Part shown: positions 42,176 through 56,205 of the stretch, in pieces | Position numbering within the stretch: the stretch's first letter is position 1 | How the letters are laid out: each line of letters starts with the position of its first letter | From: Enoplolaimus lenunculus | Lineage: Eukaryota | Direction: 5' to 3' | NCBI GenBank assembly: GCA_030248215.1 | Contig: JASANG010002092.1 | Span: 124,001 to 188,000 of the forward strand | DNA length: 64,000 nt | Position numbers and translations under genes: made by a program | Notes under the pieces: model-generated | Database searches by the model: none | What the model was told of the DNA's origin: nothing | Seen by the model: only the letters and a program-made list of their open reading frames with translations

Positions 42176-43473
42176 TAAAAAGAAGAATATAGCACTCACA
42201 GATTGTTATGATGATCTCTTTGCGATTTCTTATAATGTTGCAAAACCTTTTGTGGCGTTTATTGTTATTTTTCAGCTAATCTTTGGCATCATTAAGCTAT
42301 TATACCAAAACACATTAATATGTCTACACACTGGTCGGTTATGCATTTTCCACAATATATCTTGGGTACACCGCACGACTGTTTTAACATGCTTGTGATG
42401 TACACGTTGGGAAAGAATTTAAGGCCTTTACGCGACTGAGATAAATTTGTTTGGCAACAAATTTTTGTCAACCTGTATATTTGAGGGCAGACGCAAACGT
42501 TTAACATAAGTTTGTGTAGATTAGCTGATGTGTAACGATTGCAACAGATGCAGACCGCTATGTTAGTGTAGGTCACGCATTTTTGGTATACGCACGACAC
42601 CTGCAAATATACTGGACATAAGTTTTCCTTCTTGTTCACAACGCGGATGTAAACTTATAAAGCATATGTCGCGAAAGTTTTTCTTGTTCGTACCTGGAAA
42701 CTCTGAATTTGCTAAATCGCAAAGTTATATAAGAGTAAGATGTATTACAAAATCCACTAAGCCAGCGTACTGCGTGACGCTGCGCCTAATTTATATTCTT
42801 TCCACTTGAATTTACATTTTCATTATTTTAATATTTAAGTTGGTTTGTACCCTGCTCCGAACACAAATACAATGTTCGACGAGTCTTGGCATAATAACTT
42901 CAATTTTACAGTTCAGAATTATTGTTTTGCTGCCTGAACAAACGTTTCACTGGACGAGTTTTGTTGTTAGAATCAACAGCTGTAATCAGGGCTCGTTTTT
43001 AGAAAAAATGATTCGACTAAAAACGGTTATTACGTTTTTCCGATAAAAACGAACAAATTGGAAAGCATGCCCTTGTCCTTCAAAAAGTATGATGCTATTA
43101 AATTTGGTGCAAAAATGACAGTAAAACAATCACGCTACTATTCTACTTAGTATAATGTCATAATTTTTATAAAACATGACAAGCACAATGTGGTTAAAAT
43201 TACAGCAGTGCCGGATATATTAAATATTGTATGTGCCAGCTAGATTACTACAACCTTGTGGCAATCAGTTCAGAAAGCAAATTGCTAATAAGATTTTGCA
43301 GTTTCGTTTATACATGAATTTAATTAGAAGTTGAGTTCAAAACTAACGAGGTGCACCCCTGAGAATGTTGTACCAATCAAAAACACAAAATAAAATATAT
43401 ACCGTAAAACCATTTTGGTCAAAGAAGTATGTACATCAGAAATAACATCAAGGATGACTAAAATTAGTTCTCA

Positions 43474-44121
43474 TGCTGGGTTCACGTTATGGAACACGTT
43501 TTGTACATGTTTATTCGAATCTGGATAACGGTTATATTGACTAAATGTGAATGTCACATGGCATTGACATACAAATCACTCATTCCCAGTAATCATCGTA
43601 TACAAACAGCCATATGTCACATAATACCACGGGACATTTATGCTAATATTATATGATGTTCCGAAGTTCTACCGAATATCACATTATATGATAGAGAACA
43701 ATGTAATTTGTGCACACTAGTAATATAATGAAAAGTCAGATAATGTAGCTTGTAGCCTTAAGTGCTTTCGAATACTGAATTAGCTTCTATTTTTCTGTTT
43801 CTGGCGGAAATTTTGCCTAGATACGTTCCTAAGTGCAAATAATTCAAACTTCAAATTTTATGATATGATATTCTACAAAATATTCAGGCTAGTTTACCAC
43901 AACCTTGCAGACATTTTTAAACATGTCATATGATATTAACGGACAATATTTTGAATATCATATAATATTGCAGTACAAACAGTGAATGTCACATCAGGAC
44001 AGCGGACAATTTTGAATTTTTAAATTTGATAGCTGATTGACGTGCAGACAAAATGCTACCCGTTATTGTATTAGGGACAAAACGTGTTCCAGGTTGTCCC
44101 AGTTATAACGTGAACGCCGCA
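43474..44121. mobile_element. PIF/Harbinger-like MITE, same family as 14897-15547
   Basis: TGCTGGGTTCACGTTA / TAACGTGAACGCCGCA termini; 3-bp TSD TCA; shared subterminal GACAAAATGCTACCC...AGGGACAAA; similar length (~650 bp). Confidence 0.8.
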
Positions 44122-44944
44122 TCAGTTGATGTAACAAAGATTGTGGCTGCTTCCAATTCATTTTCTGGCGGTAGTGAACACAAACAGCATTTGTTTTGTC
44201 ACTGTTACGCAAGTTGTTTGCTAAGTTTACTATATTTCTGCATAAAGTTTTTCCTCTCTTCGGAAAAACCGTTTTTTCTATTCGTTTCTTTTCGGCGCCG
44301 GGTACAAGCGTTAATTCACAAGCGTAAGATATATAATGCAATCTGTATTTTAGTAGTCTCGTTATATTAATTTTATTCCCACTTATATTTTGTAGATTTA
44401 TAGGTGTGGTAAAGGAACGATATTTAAATTTAAAAACTTTGTTATTCAGTACGGAGCGAATAGTTGTCGAAACCATACCAAACATTTCTTGCAGGGTACT
44501 GTATATAGCAGGGTGCAACCGGAGGAGAAAAATACCTGAGTCAAAGGTTAAAAAATCTCCCGAAGCCCATGAAGCGGCATAGATGAGGGGACTACGGAAT
44601 GAAACGTGCAAAAACTGTAGAGTACTTACACATACGTACACTGTCTTATTTTATCTCTGCACAGTTCGGTGAACTTTTTTCCGAACGTTTCTTTGCTTCG
44701 GTTCAAACTGTTTCCGAGCGTTTATTTGGTACAGTCTCAGCAAAGCTTGTTTCGGTTCGGTAAAATTTTCTCAGCGTTTGCTTTAGTTCGGTTCGGTAAA
44801 GCTTTTCATTGGTTCGCTTCAGCAATAGATTTTTTAGCGTTTCTTGTATAGGATCCAGGGTGCAATCGGATGTCTGCTTCGGTTCCTGTCAGAAAATCAA
44901 CCTCCGGCTCAGGTAGAATTTTTGACGGCGGTTCCGGTGTCACA

Positions 44945-45085
44945 GGTGCATTTTCCCCCTTCCATTTCCCCCCGGAAAAATCCACCTAGGTGCAATTTTC
45001 CCCCCGGAAAAATCCACCTAGGTGCAATTTTCCCCCGGAAAAGTCCACCTTGGTGCATTTTCCCCCGGAATAATCCAACTTGATA
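44945..45085. repeat. Short tandem array, ~30-bp unit GGTGCAATTTTCCCCCGGAAAAATCCACCT
   Basis: About four units, each internally quasi-palindromic. Confidence 0.85.
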
Positions 45086-47460
45086 CATACCAGGGAAATG
45101 CACTTGGGTTTAAATGAAAATCAACATATCATTATCATTCAGATATTGTAAAGTTGGTACAATTCAATGCCATAAAATCGCATTTGGTGTGCATCAGACA
45201 ACTGAATATAATTATATAAATGAAGCTTAAAGTTCAATAATTCAGCAGGCACACTGCACAAGTTGTGGACTTGATTTTATATAGCTAGTGCATTTCAAAA
45301 CGTCGATCTGAATGTTTTAAAGTGGTTTGCCGAAATGTTCAAAAATGGTACTGCTTTTTTCGTGTTGAGGTTAAAAAATTCAAATTTGGAAGTCAAGAAG
45401 CTACAAAAATCTCTCATTTTAAGTTAATGTATTTTAGAGACCCTTATAGGTCAGCTGAGACGCAAGATATGGCTATGTTGATGAAGCTTCGAAATGAACT
45501 TGAGCAAGAAGCTGCAAGTCAGCTGTCTCAAGCAATCGTGTCCGAGTAAAATATTGACTATAGACCTGACTTAAATCAATTTTGGTATAAAACGCTGCAA
45601 AAATGCGGCTAGTTTTCGCTCAATGGTTCGCAAGTATGCCCCAATGTTGATGCATCTGCCATGAACGTTGATTGCGTTGGCGCAACTCCGACAAATGTAA
45701 CGGATTTTACTCATATTGAGAAGTCGCGCCGCCGAAGCTTCTTTAGTGGTGTTCGTAAGGAACCAAAAAACTTTCGAAACAGAAAAACATGCTAAATAAG
45801 AATGGTTTTGTGGTGTCTGTAACATAAAGTATTGTGCGATTTTTCTTTTGCACTAATTGTAGCACAAACTTTAATGTTTTCTGGTTTCAAAACTACGGAG
45901 TTGCTTAGTTATACCCATATGTTCAATTAAGTGTTTCGGATTAGTACAGCTTTACAAATTTGGAGATACCATAAAGAAATCGTTACGTATGGTGCATTAG
46001 GTTGGAATTGTTTTATTCACCTCTTTCTCAATTTGAGAGCTTTCTGTCGCAATTTAGGAAGACGCTTTCGCAGTTTGGGGCAGACGTGTCGCAATTTGGG
46101 AAGTCGAACAAATTCAGTTGTAAGCTGAGATTTTGCGAGGTACAGCACCTTTACAAGGTTATAATTGTCATTCTTTTTTCATTCTTTTGCCTGAAGTAAA
46201 TTTGAAAAAACTGCTTTTTGATGTCTCAGTTTTGGACCTTTTCCTCCATTTTTCATGGTAACTATAAATTAAAAATACCTGATAAAAATAAAAACAAACA
46301 GAAGGTTAAAAGTAGTTATATAACTGTTATATTTGTAATTTACCTTTTAATTATGTCAATTTTAATAAAATTTTTATAAATTTAAAAGCTCAAAATGGTT
46401 GGTCGTTTAAATCAGTACCAAAAAAAGAACATCTGTCTAAGCTGAAAGTTTCATTCCAATACTATGTACCTTTTTCTAAATGAATTTTTAATTACAATGT
46501 TTTGAATAATGTTAAAGTTAAAAATTTATAAATAAAAAACAGACTGAAAATGCGCTTATTCAAATTTTATATATAATTATCATGGACATATCGTGACAGA
46601 AAATGTATTAAACTGCAATGAGTTTCAAAATAATTATCATTATTAATCAAAGTAATATCAAGCCTTTGGTTCTCGAAAAAGTGAACTATCAAATTTGGAT
46701 GCTAACACTTTAGATTTGAATATTAAACTTAATTCTGTAAAAGCGTTGATAATTTTTTTTAAAGAGAGGAGTTTAATTTCAAAGTTCTTAATTTTTCACA
46801 CAAAACTAGTAATTTAGCTATATCTATATTTCGGAATATTATTACATCACAAATACTAGATTACTCGGAATTTGTAATACTGAAAATTATTTTGCGTATA
46901 ATATAAGTAAATTATTTAATCGTTTATTCGATAAAGGATGCAGTAAAAATTTTCTTAAAAGAGAACTTAATAGCTCTATAATTAAGTCAGACTTGAATTA
47001 AGTGAATTTAAAACTACTAATATAGAATGAGCTGCAAATGAATCAAATGATCCAATACGTACAGAAAGTTAACCATACGTTTGGGTTCAAGTAGTATAAA
47101 ATATTTGAAACTGAGAATATACCTGCTGTATACATTGATGTTGTGAACTACGATGTATATTATCTGCCTGGTTTTGTACATCAAAAAGTAACATAGTTTG
47201 CACAATAATACGTACTACTGTTCGTTATGATTCGTTCGTTACGGGTTGTTGTACGTATTAATGTATTGGATGATTTTAGAGGATTGATTAAGAAGTTTGT
47301 GTGAAGTTACTAGCTTTTACGTAAATTGTTATATATACAAAAAATTTGATCAGGAATTAGGTCCTAGTTTAGGATTACTGCGATTTTGAGGTGTAATAAG
47401 TATAGTTAATGCTGTGTTACTGTTATTATATATACTTAATAAAATTTTCGATTTACTTAT

Positions 47461-49260
47461 TGTCATGGCAGTCTACTAAGACAACATGGACGTAACTGTT
47501 TACACACTACGTAGCTGTGTCCACGTGAAAGCAGAGATATGATGTTACACATGGTGTAATATGTTCAACATGATGCAATGCGAAATGACTGCGTGGGCTT
47601 TAAAATCAGTATATATAAGGCCCGATCTTGTTATTTCAGGCATTGTCCTGTTTCGTTTACTTGTTTAAATAAATCTATTACTTCAAGTCACAACAGATTT
47701 AAGTGGCGATGAGTTTCATTTTGAACTTCGTCATTGTTTTGCGCGCGCCCACTCCGCCGCTGACATTCACAAAGGCAATCACTATCGTCCTCGAGACCGA
47801 AGAAGCAGCACGGATGGCAAAGGAAACGGTGTACCCGTCTCGATTAAAGCCGATCCTTCCCATCAGGGCGGACAAGTCGACATCAAACCAACTTAAAATT
47901 TCGAGGTCTACGACAAATTCGACTACGTCAAAGGTTTCGATTCCGCCAAGAACATGTAGTCGATGCGGGCACAAGAGTCAAAAAAGCAACAATTGCTCCC
48001 ACAAGAACGCGACGTATCATCATTGCGGTATCACGTGTCATTTGGAAAAGGTCAGCCTCAAGAAGAAGCGTGGTTTGCCTACCCGGAGTTCGTAGCCGAT
48101 CAAGTCAATCAAAACAATCGACACAGCAAGGCGATCAATGCGGTTCCCCAATTGCAGCAGCCAATCGATATCAATGGGCATATATTCGAGTTCGAAGTGG
48201 ACACTGGGGCTGGTGACAACTTTTACACCTAGCAAGTTTGGTCGACATTGGGAAGGCCGCAATTAATCATCGACCAGTCGATACGAGGCGGCAACAGGCG
48301 ATCCTCTCCCGGTCTATGGATTTTTCAAAGCATTCGTCGCCATCAAAGGTCAACCCGCCAAACCGATCTCGCTTACCGTGGTGTCGAAGGGCAACCTCAA
48401 TATCCTGCGACGCATGGTATCGTTCATTTGGTGTCGACGTCCCGGTTATTACTTCGAAGTCAAAGCTGTTCGTCGAAGGTCTGTGCAATAGGCCGACCGC
48501 TATGCAGCCATTCAATCGATACCGCAGGAAAATTTCAAAAACAATGCCGCGAAATCGTAAACAAATTCTCCGACATGTTAAAACCCGAGTTGGGATGCCT
48601 TAGAGAACTGCAGCTCGATGTTAAGTTCAATCCGTGGTCGCGGTCATTCCGTTACCTATCCTCGACGACCTCAATCAGGCTTACGATGCTGGGATCCGAC
48701 GAGGGGTTTGGAAACCGACGAGTTTCAACAACAACGGCACACCGGTGGATCCCATTTGAAAACCCGCGCTTCCCGGCTAATTTGGCTCATTTTGATCCGT
48801 CAAATCTGTTGGTATTGCTCGCGACGAGTCGAACGTTGGCATCGGAGCTGTGCTTTTCCAGCGGTTTGACGACGGCAGTGAACGACCGATTGCCAACGTT
48901 TCCAAAGCGCTCAACAAAACACGGCAAGGTTACAGCCAAGTTTAAAAGGAAGTCCTTGCTATCGTAATCGCTCACCACAAATTTCACCAGCGTCCCTATG
49001 TTAAAAATTCGTCCTGATAACCGACCACAAGCCACTCATCGCGATTTTAGGTCCAGAAAAACTAAGCCCCGCACTGACAGCTAACCGATTAGCGCGCTGG
49101 GCAACAATGCGTCATCAATACAATTGCGAAATTGAGTAACGCCGAACTTCTGATCACGGCAATGCTGACGTTTTCAGCGGTCTGCCAGCCGGTGACGACG
49201 TCAATTTCTATCACGAGGAAGACGCACAAGATAAGGAGACTATCTGCGCAATTAAGCAAT
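47461..49260 (+). mobile_element. Decayed Ty3/Gypsy LTR retrotransposon (5' LTR, PBS, gag-pol remnants)
   Basis: LTR 47461-47695 (TGTCATG...CACAACA) with TATA (~47611) and AATAAA (47668). PBS-like TGGCGATGAG at 47704. Gag Zn-knuckle remnants (CSRCG), protease FEVDTGA, and RNase H remnants (LAHFDP, TDHKPL, RLARWA, HGNADV). Heavily deleted and frameshifted. Confidence 0.87.
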
Positions 49261-52115
49261 TTAACAACATAAACTTTTCAGATAACCCATCACGAGGAAA
49301 GGAATTAGTCGGATATCTGCGGCATATACAGATTGTGGAAGTTAATGATCATAGATGAATACTGAATGTTTTAAAAGTGGAAACTCAATATTTTAAACAT
49401 AATTTGTGGATACCATTATACTGGGTCTTGTACACTGCCGCCAAATCACGTTTAAACCTAAGGTTAAAGGTTTCCCTAAGCTTGTCTACAGCTAAAGTCT
49501 TAATATTATTGTGGGGAAAGTGGTAAAAACGATAAGTTTTAACCGAACCGAGCCAAGGAAATAATTCTAAATAGTTTTATTGAACCAAATCTAGTAAAAA
49601 ATAGGAAACAAGTTCTGACTAACTGAACCAAGGAAACTGGATGCAACGGTCACCAGAAAATGTTGGTACCAGAGTAAAGCGAAGTTATAAAAGTAGCTGA
49701 AACAGTGTTTAAATTTTGCAAATATATGTAGTGTGGTCAGAAATTTAAAGCCAAATGTACCGAACGATACAATTGTTATAAATCTGTAATAAATTTTACT
49801 ACCGAAATTTGTGATACGACAACGGGCAGGTGACAGTTTTCAGTCTAGGATCAATGCCAAGTTGACCGCCTCAGCCTTAGTGTAACAATGTGATAAAGAT
49901 CTATCCTAGGCATGTTTATTCAGCCCATATTACGGTGGACATATTTTAGCTGCATATACGAATAATGGTGAAAGGTAACAGTTTTGCAAACTTCGTTCCA
50001 ATGTACTTTTTCGATACGTAATTCTTTCACCATCTGTTTTGGTACGAACTGTACAGGGTTCTCTTGGATGAGTAAACGGATGAAAAAGGTAACGAAATAG
50101 GCGAAAAAGAAAATAAAATTTTAAATAGTACCGGGAAACTAGTGAATTTTATTTACTGTTCCATTTCCTTAGTGCATATTTCGTTATAAAACAGGGGTGT
50201 ATATAAGAGGAATGGACAATGTATATTCCAAAAACAATTTTTGTTATAGAAATAATAAAAAAATTTTATTAAAAACGGTTTCAGTTTTAGTATACCATGC
50301 TATGCTAAATTACTGGTACGCCCCTGCTTTAGAGATTCTCTTTGCTAACTTGTGTTGCCTAAGGCCCTTGCCTGTTTCACCATCGAATGTGAATTTTATA
50401 GATGATGTTTTGTCTCGTATAAAGCTTGAACGTGCAATCGTTTCAAAAAGAAACGTGAAATGTAGTTTTGCTTAAACCAAGTCGCAAGCTAATATTTAAA
50501 CTGAACTACGAATATTTGATGGATGAATAATTTTTTTATTTTGCGAACTGATCGTTATGCAGTAATTTCATGGTGCAGTAGATCAACATGTGCGGGGCTA
50601 TTTCTAAAATAATTTTGAGTGGAATTTTGGGTTCGCATATCCCTACTTCGAAGAATTCGAGACAACTGTTTGCACGATATTAAACCGTTGGTTTAAAAAT
50701 CTCTGTCCGAACATGTGATTTGCGAGGAATCATGTGGTGGTTGGTATGAACGATACAAGTTTTACGATTAATTGTTGAAAAAGACTATTCTTAAATGTAC
50801 AACGATAACATTTAACTTATAAAATTTGTACAGGGTAAAAGAACGCAGAATAGTGGATTATGGGGTAGGAGATTTAGCAAATTCTTTGCCAAGGTTTCGA
50901 AATTATGGTATTCAGAAATATTAGAAAAAATTAGCTGAGGATTTTGCTAACAGCTGGCTCAGAAGAATTTACAAATTCATCTGAATTCATACGTTATGTG
51001 AAAATAATCGTTAATTTCCGATAATTTTTGTAAAGAATAACCTTTTAATGGTAAGTAGTTAGTAAAAAATTATTAAACATTAGCAGAAAGTATTATGAAA
51101 TGTCAAGTTGCCAGAATATTATAAAAGCTGGTATTTTGCGTCTCAGGCGCGATTGTTTCTACTTGGACTAGAGGGGCTATCAGTCGGGATGTGTTTAGAG
51201 TGAGTAGTTTCGAGGTTACTTAAGGTTTATGGCGAATATTGATAACCTTCGAAGGGACCCTGCGCTGCTTTTTATTGTTAGCCTTCTGTCTTGTATTACC
51301 GGTATACTTGGGTGCAGTATTTTCCTTAATTCGGTTTTAATAAACTGCTCGATAAGAAAAAGAATCCGAGTGGGAGCCGGAGGTCGATTTTCTGCCGTAG
51401 CAGAGCGAAAGGCGGGCAACCTGTTGTATATGCTGTGCTAGGAGAATTTGGAAAGTAGTTTTGCCGAACCGACCCAAGAAAAAATACGAAAAGTTTTACC
51501 GAATCGAAACAAAGAAATACTCAAAAAAAAGTTTTACCGAATGAAAACGGTTGGACATGTGTGCAGCATTAAAAATACAAGCGTAGTGTGGACCAATGCA
51601 ATTATTTGTTGCTACGCATAATGGCTCAGTCTCAAATGTTCGAAGTATCTCAAAGCACGCCCGAAAAGTGGAAAATAAGAACAAGATTTAGCGACCACAA
51701 TGATTCCTGATAATGCTATTATTGTGCTTGCTTCTCTAATTATTACCGATAATCGTGGTATCTGTATGACACAACCTACATGACTACTGCCACGCTCGAA
51801 AATTGGCCGAGTGGCGGGGACCCTCATATCCACGGGAAATCCCCACGAAAATGTCCCGTGAAGTAGGGTGATATTTGAAATTCTTACTCCTTGGTATACC
51901 TGCCTCAGTACTACTTTGCTATCTTTGTTGTATTGCATTTCAACATGGTTTCAAGCACAAAGTCAGTCGGAGTCAAAATTTAGTTTATTTGCTGTAATAA
52001 AAGACAGAATTTTAATGCATGTCTTTTGTTGTTCTTAATATTTATTTTGAACAACAAACCCACTTATTTTATTTCTTTTACAACGGCTTGATATAATTTT
52101 TCTGCCACAATACTG

Positions 52116-52287
52116 TATTGACCCGAATAAGAGGGGGTAATAAGAGGGGGTCCCCATTTTGAGTCCCAATCAATAGGAGTCCGTATCCCTAATAAGAGTC
52201 CGTAAGCGGATAGAGTCCCTAAATCCTAATTAGAGTCCATAAATGTCAATTATCCCTAATTGTAGCGCATAAATGACTCCAGGACCA
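52116..52287. repeat. Dispersed repeat family; other copies at ~20685-20795, ~21763-21860, ~23582-23703
   Basis: Shared string gggtccc.attttgagt.ccaa...gagtccgtatccctaataagagtccgtaa...ccctaaatcctaattagagtccat in both orientations. Confidence 0.75.
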
Positions 52288-54022
52288 ATTAATTTGAGTT
52301 TGAAACTTCATTATGTTGCGATATATTAAAACTAGAGCGGGCCCTGAAGATTTGGGCCAATATTCCTTTTAGTAAGGTAAACAACTAAAGCATACTCCTA
52401 AGTTTAAGTGTCTTCAGAGCACGGTGTAACCGGAATTATAAAATACGGGAACCGGAAAGTTAAAAAATACCAGAAATGGAAAACAAAAAATACTTGTTAC
52501 CGAAAAGTTCATTTTTAACGCTATTTTGTCGCTTTTAATGGTGTAAAACATACAATTTAGATTTCCAAAATCTGGAAACAAATGCAATATAGTTGGAAAA
52601 GATGCGATAAATTATGGGATATGACACAAATTAAAATTTTTGGTAATACGCAATACACGCTCTATTTTAGAAAAATAAGTTATATTCCAATTTTTAAATT
52701 TTCGAATGAGAAAATTTAATTTAAAGCCTACTCTATTTTATGGTCTATAGTAAGTAAACGGCCACTAGCGGATCCAGAGGAGGGCGGACGGTTGTACGCC
52801 CCCGTCAGAATTTTTTTGTGATCAATAGGTAAGGTCCCCCATACCTTACAATTTTTCCACCAGTAAATGTTTTGTGATAAAACAGCCCACCCCCCGTCAG
52901 AAATTTCTGGATCTGCCGCTGAAAGCGGAACACCACTAAAAGTAACATGGGCTGATGTTTGTACGGTTTAGCGTAAGTATGTTTCAATGTGGTTCTTTCT
53001 TCTTGGAACATAAAACGACTCATTAATATATAGTTTGAGGGAAGGGCAACATTCTATAGAATCTCCGTTGCAATGGTTTAAAAACAAACGGAGACAAACC
53101 AGATAAACTCAATTTCAGGTGGCCAACACAAGTATTTAGCAGTCAATAGCAATCTTCTAAACCCAATATCAAGCACAATTCAAGCAGTTGCATGATGAAA
53201 ACTATTTTTATATTTGTATGTTTTACACTCATAGCAATCAGCTTAAAGGTCAAGGCACTTCCTTTTGAGCAAAGTTAAAACAAGTACATGAGAAACGAAA
53301 ATTGAGATTTGGAAATTCAAAAAACGCAAAATCGAGTTTCAGATATCTGAATTAGAAAATTTAACTTCGGATATCCGGATACCCGGATAAATATCCGGCA
53401 AGAATTGCCGAATATTGGGATATGAAAAAATATCCGATGCCCATCATTAGCCTCTATGTAATGTAACGCTCATCAATCACGTATATACCTAACGCTTATA
53501 AAAAGAAAGACGGCGAAATATGAATTTTATTTCCTTAAAATTTTATCGTCGACGAAATTAGTTACAATAATCTTGTATTGTAAGCATGTGTTTGTTGAGT
53601 GCGCAGGATGCAAGAAAATTTCTCAATTTTTCAGCAAAAACCTATAAACTATGACGCACTGGAATTTTCACTACGTGGTTGACGATTGTATTAAGTTAAA
53701 CATGACAATTTGTGCTATATTTGTGCTATATATACAGATATATACACATATAAATACGTATAATGGAGAATTAATCTTTTTTGGTTTTTCTTCAAAACAG
53801 TCGAACGTTTTACTTTATATATTGTTAATATCAAATAACTGAAAGATTTATAAAAAATTTTGAGCATAAAAATGCTGAAATTTCGGTTATTTCATAATGG
53901 AAATGAATAAACACCGATTGTACCGGAAACGAGTTATCTGCGTCCTGCACTGTTCACAAATTTACACTACCCACCCAAAAAAGCAGTAAACTTCGATTCA
54001 TCGTTAAAGGATGTAATGAACC

Positions 54023-55040
54023 AGTAGTTTAAACTAGAAAAAATTGCTTAGCACTTGAGCAACATGGGATATGTTTCATATTGCTATTAAAGCGATAGAA
54101 CTAGACCAGCATATTCGTCTGATGTAACCTGGAAAAATTTAGAAACAATGACGTCCAAAATCATGTTAACTATTAATTCTTCTGAAACATATTGCGGACA
54201 GCAAATCTATTTTTATGTTGAAAGATTTTGGCAGGTTTATTAGGCATTTTAAGAAATTTCTTAGATAACGGCAGTTTTGCAGACATGGCTGAAGTGGCTG
54301 AAGTATAGCGATCGATGCTGCCAGAATATGGTGTGATTTTTGAGCCTCTAGTCGTGACTACGCAGTGAAACAAATAACTCGAATGGGAAATGTGCATTTA
54401 TAGAATTTTTCTACCTGTAAACTTGTTTGTTTGTCTCTAAGGTTAAAATTCGGGGCCAATGTAAAGAACAGGGGCGGAACATTGTTATAAGCATATTCCT
54501 AAACCTAAGCTTAAGTTTAAGCTAAGCCTAAGCGTAAGAACGAGCATATTCCTAAGCCTAAGCTTAAGCCTAAGCCTACGCCAAGCAAAAAAATTAGTCT
54601 AATGCTTAAGTTTACTCTACTGCGGTCCTACAGAACAACGTCCACCCCTGATCTTTACATGGGCCAAAGTCGGGTAAAGTCAAGATCCGTTTTTAAAGGA
54701 TCAATTGCGATTCATTTTGTGTATTACGTTCTTGTAGAAAACTTCAACAGATATTCATGGATTCTGAGCTAAATCTTTCCACATTTCAGAAATAATTTTG
54801 CTTTGCATTCAAGCAAAACATCTGTTTCTTACAAAAACAAAATTATAGAAATTTTGCTGTCCGCTATATGTTTCAGAAGAATTGATAGTTAACCGGATTT
54901 TGGACGCCATTGTTTCTATATATTTTTCCTGGTTACATCAAACGAATGTGCTGGTCTAGTTATTATCCTTTTAATAGAAATATGAAACATATCCCATGTT
55001 GCTCAAGTGCTGAGCAATTTTTTTTCTAGTTTCAACCACT
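54023..55040. mobile_element. Foldback-like element with ~190-bp terminal inverted repeats
   Basis: 54023-54206 is the near reverse complement of 54850-55040 (e.g. agcacttgagcaacatgggatatgtttcatatt / aatatgaaacatatcccatgttgctcaagtgct). Confidence 0.85.
54454..54665. mobile_element. MITE carrying GCCTAA/TTAGGC repeats
   Basis: TIR GGCCAATGTAAAGAACAGGGG / CCCCTGATCTTTACATGGGCC; two AGCATATT-CCTAAG blocks. Confidence 0.85.
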
Positions 55041-55179
55041 TTACCAAGCTGTTGCTTAATCCATCAATCTAAACTATGAGAAATGGCAAAACTTGAGGAG
55101 TGTCAATAAATCGTTTGCTTGAAAGAAACGTTTGTCCTGACAACAACCGCGTAACCAACGTATTCGTATAAAACCAAGC

Positions 55180-56205
55180 ATTGGGGCAAAGCAAACCACG
55201 GGGTGACATGTTCGTTGAGGTGAAGCCTACCTTGGGGTGAAACCAACCGTTGGATATAAATCAACCGTTGGAGAGAAACCAACCGTTGGGGTGAAGCCAA
55301 TTGTTGGGGAGAAGCCAACTATTGGAATGAAACGAACTGTTGGTGTTAAACCAACCATTGGGATGAAACCAACTGTTGATGCGAAACCAACTGTTCGTTG
55401 GTGTTAAACCAACCGTTGGGCTTAAATCAACCGTACGGGTGAGACAAACCTTGGAGTGAAACAAGCCGTTGGGATGAAACCAGCCGTTGGAATGAACCAC
55501 TCGTTGGGGTGGAACCAACCGTTGGGGTGAAACGAACCGTGCCGATGAAACCAGCCGTTGGAGTGAAGCGAACCGTGCAAATGATACCTATCGTTGGGAT
55601 GAAACTAACCGTTGTGGTGAAACCAACCGTTGGGGTGATACGAACCGTTGGGGTGAAACCAACTGTTCGTTGGTGTTAAACCAACCGTTGGGCTTAAATC
55701 AACCGTACGGGTGAGACAAACCTTGGAGTGAAACAAGCCGTTGGGATGAAACCAGCCGATGGAATGAACCACTCGTTGGGGTGGAACTAACCGTTGGGGT
55801 GAAACAAACCGTTGGGGCGAAACCAACCGTTGGGGTGAAACGAACTGTGCCGATGAAACCAGCCGTTGGAGTGAAACGAACCGTGCAAATGACACCTATC
55901 GTTGGGATGAAACTAACCGTCGTGGTGAAACCAACCGTTGCGATGAACCACTCGTTGGGGTGGAACCAACCGTTGGGGTGAAACAAACCGTTGGGTTGAA
56001 AACAACCGTTAAGGTTAAACCAACCGTAGGGGTTAAACCAAACGTTGGAGTGCAACTAGCCGTTGGGGTAAAACCTACCGTGGGATGAAACCACCCGTTG
56101 GGGTGAAACCAACGGTCGGGGTCAAACCAACCGTTGAGGTGAAATCAACGGTGGGTGAAAGTAACCGTTGTGGTGAAACCAACCATTGGGGTAAAACCAA
56201 CCGTA
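55180..56205. repeat. Minisatellite, ~19-bp unit AACCAACCGTTGGGGTGAA, with higher-order duplication
   Basis: Roughly 50 diverged units read directly; distinctive variant blocks recur at ~270-310 bp spacing. Confidence 0.95.

Noticed and set aside
44063..44641. 192-aa ORF on the minus strand
   Set aside because: Crosses MITE ends, has no recognisable domain and no supporting splice structure.
51612..51938. 108-aa ORF on the minus strand
   Set aside because: No recognisable homology or exon partners; surrounded by repeat fragments.
55103..56055. Repetitive ORFs (GWFHPN / TVGVK repeats)
   Set aside because: Translations of the 19-bp minisatellite; the unit is not a multiple of 3 and ORFs appear in several frames on both strands.
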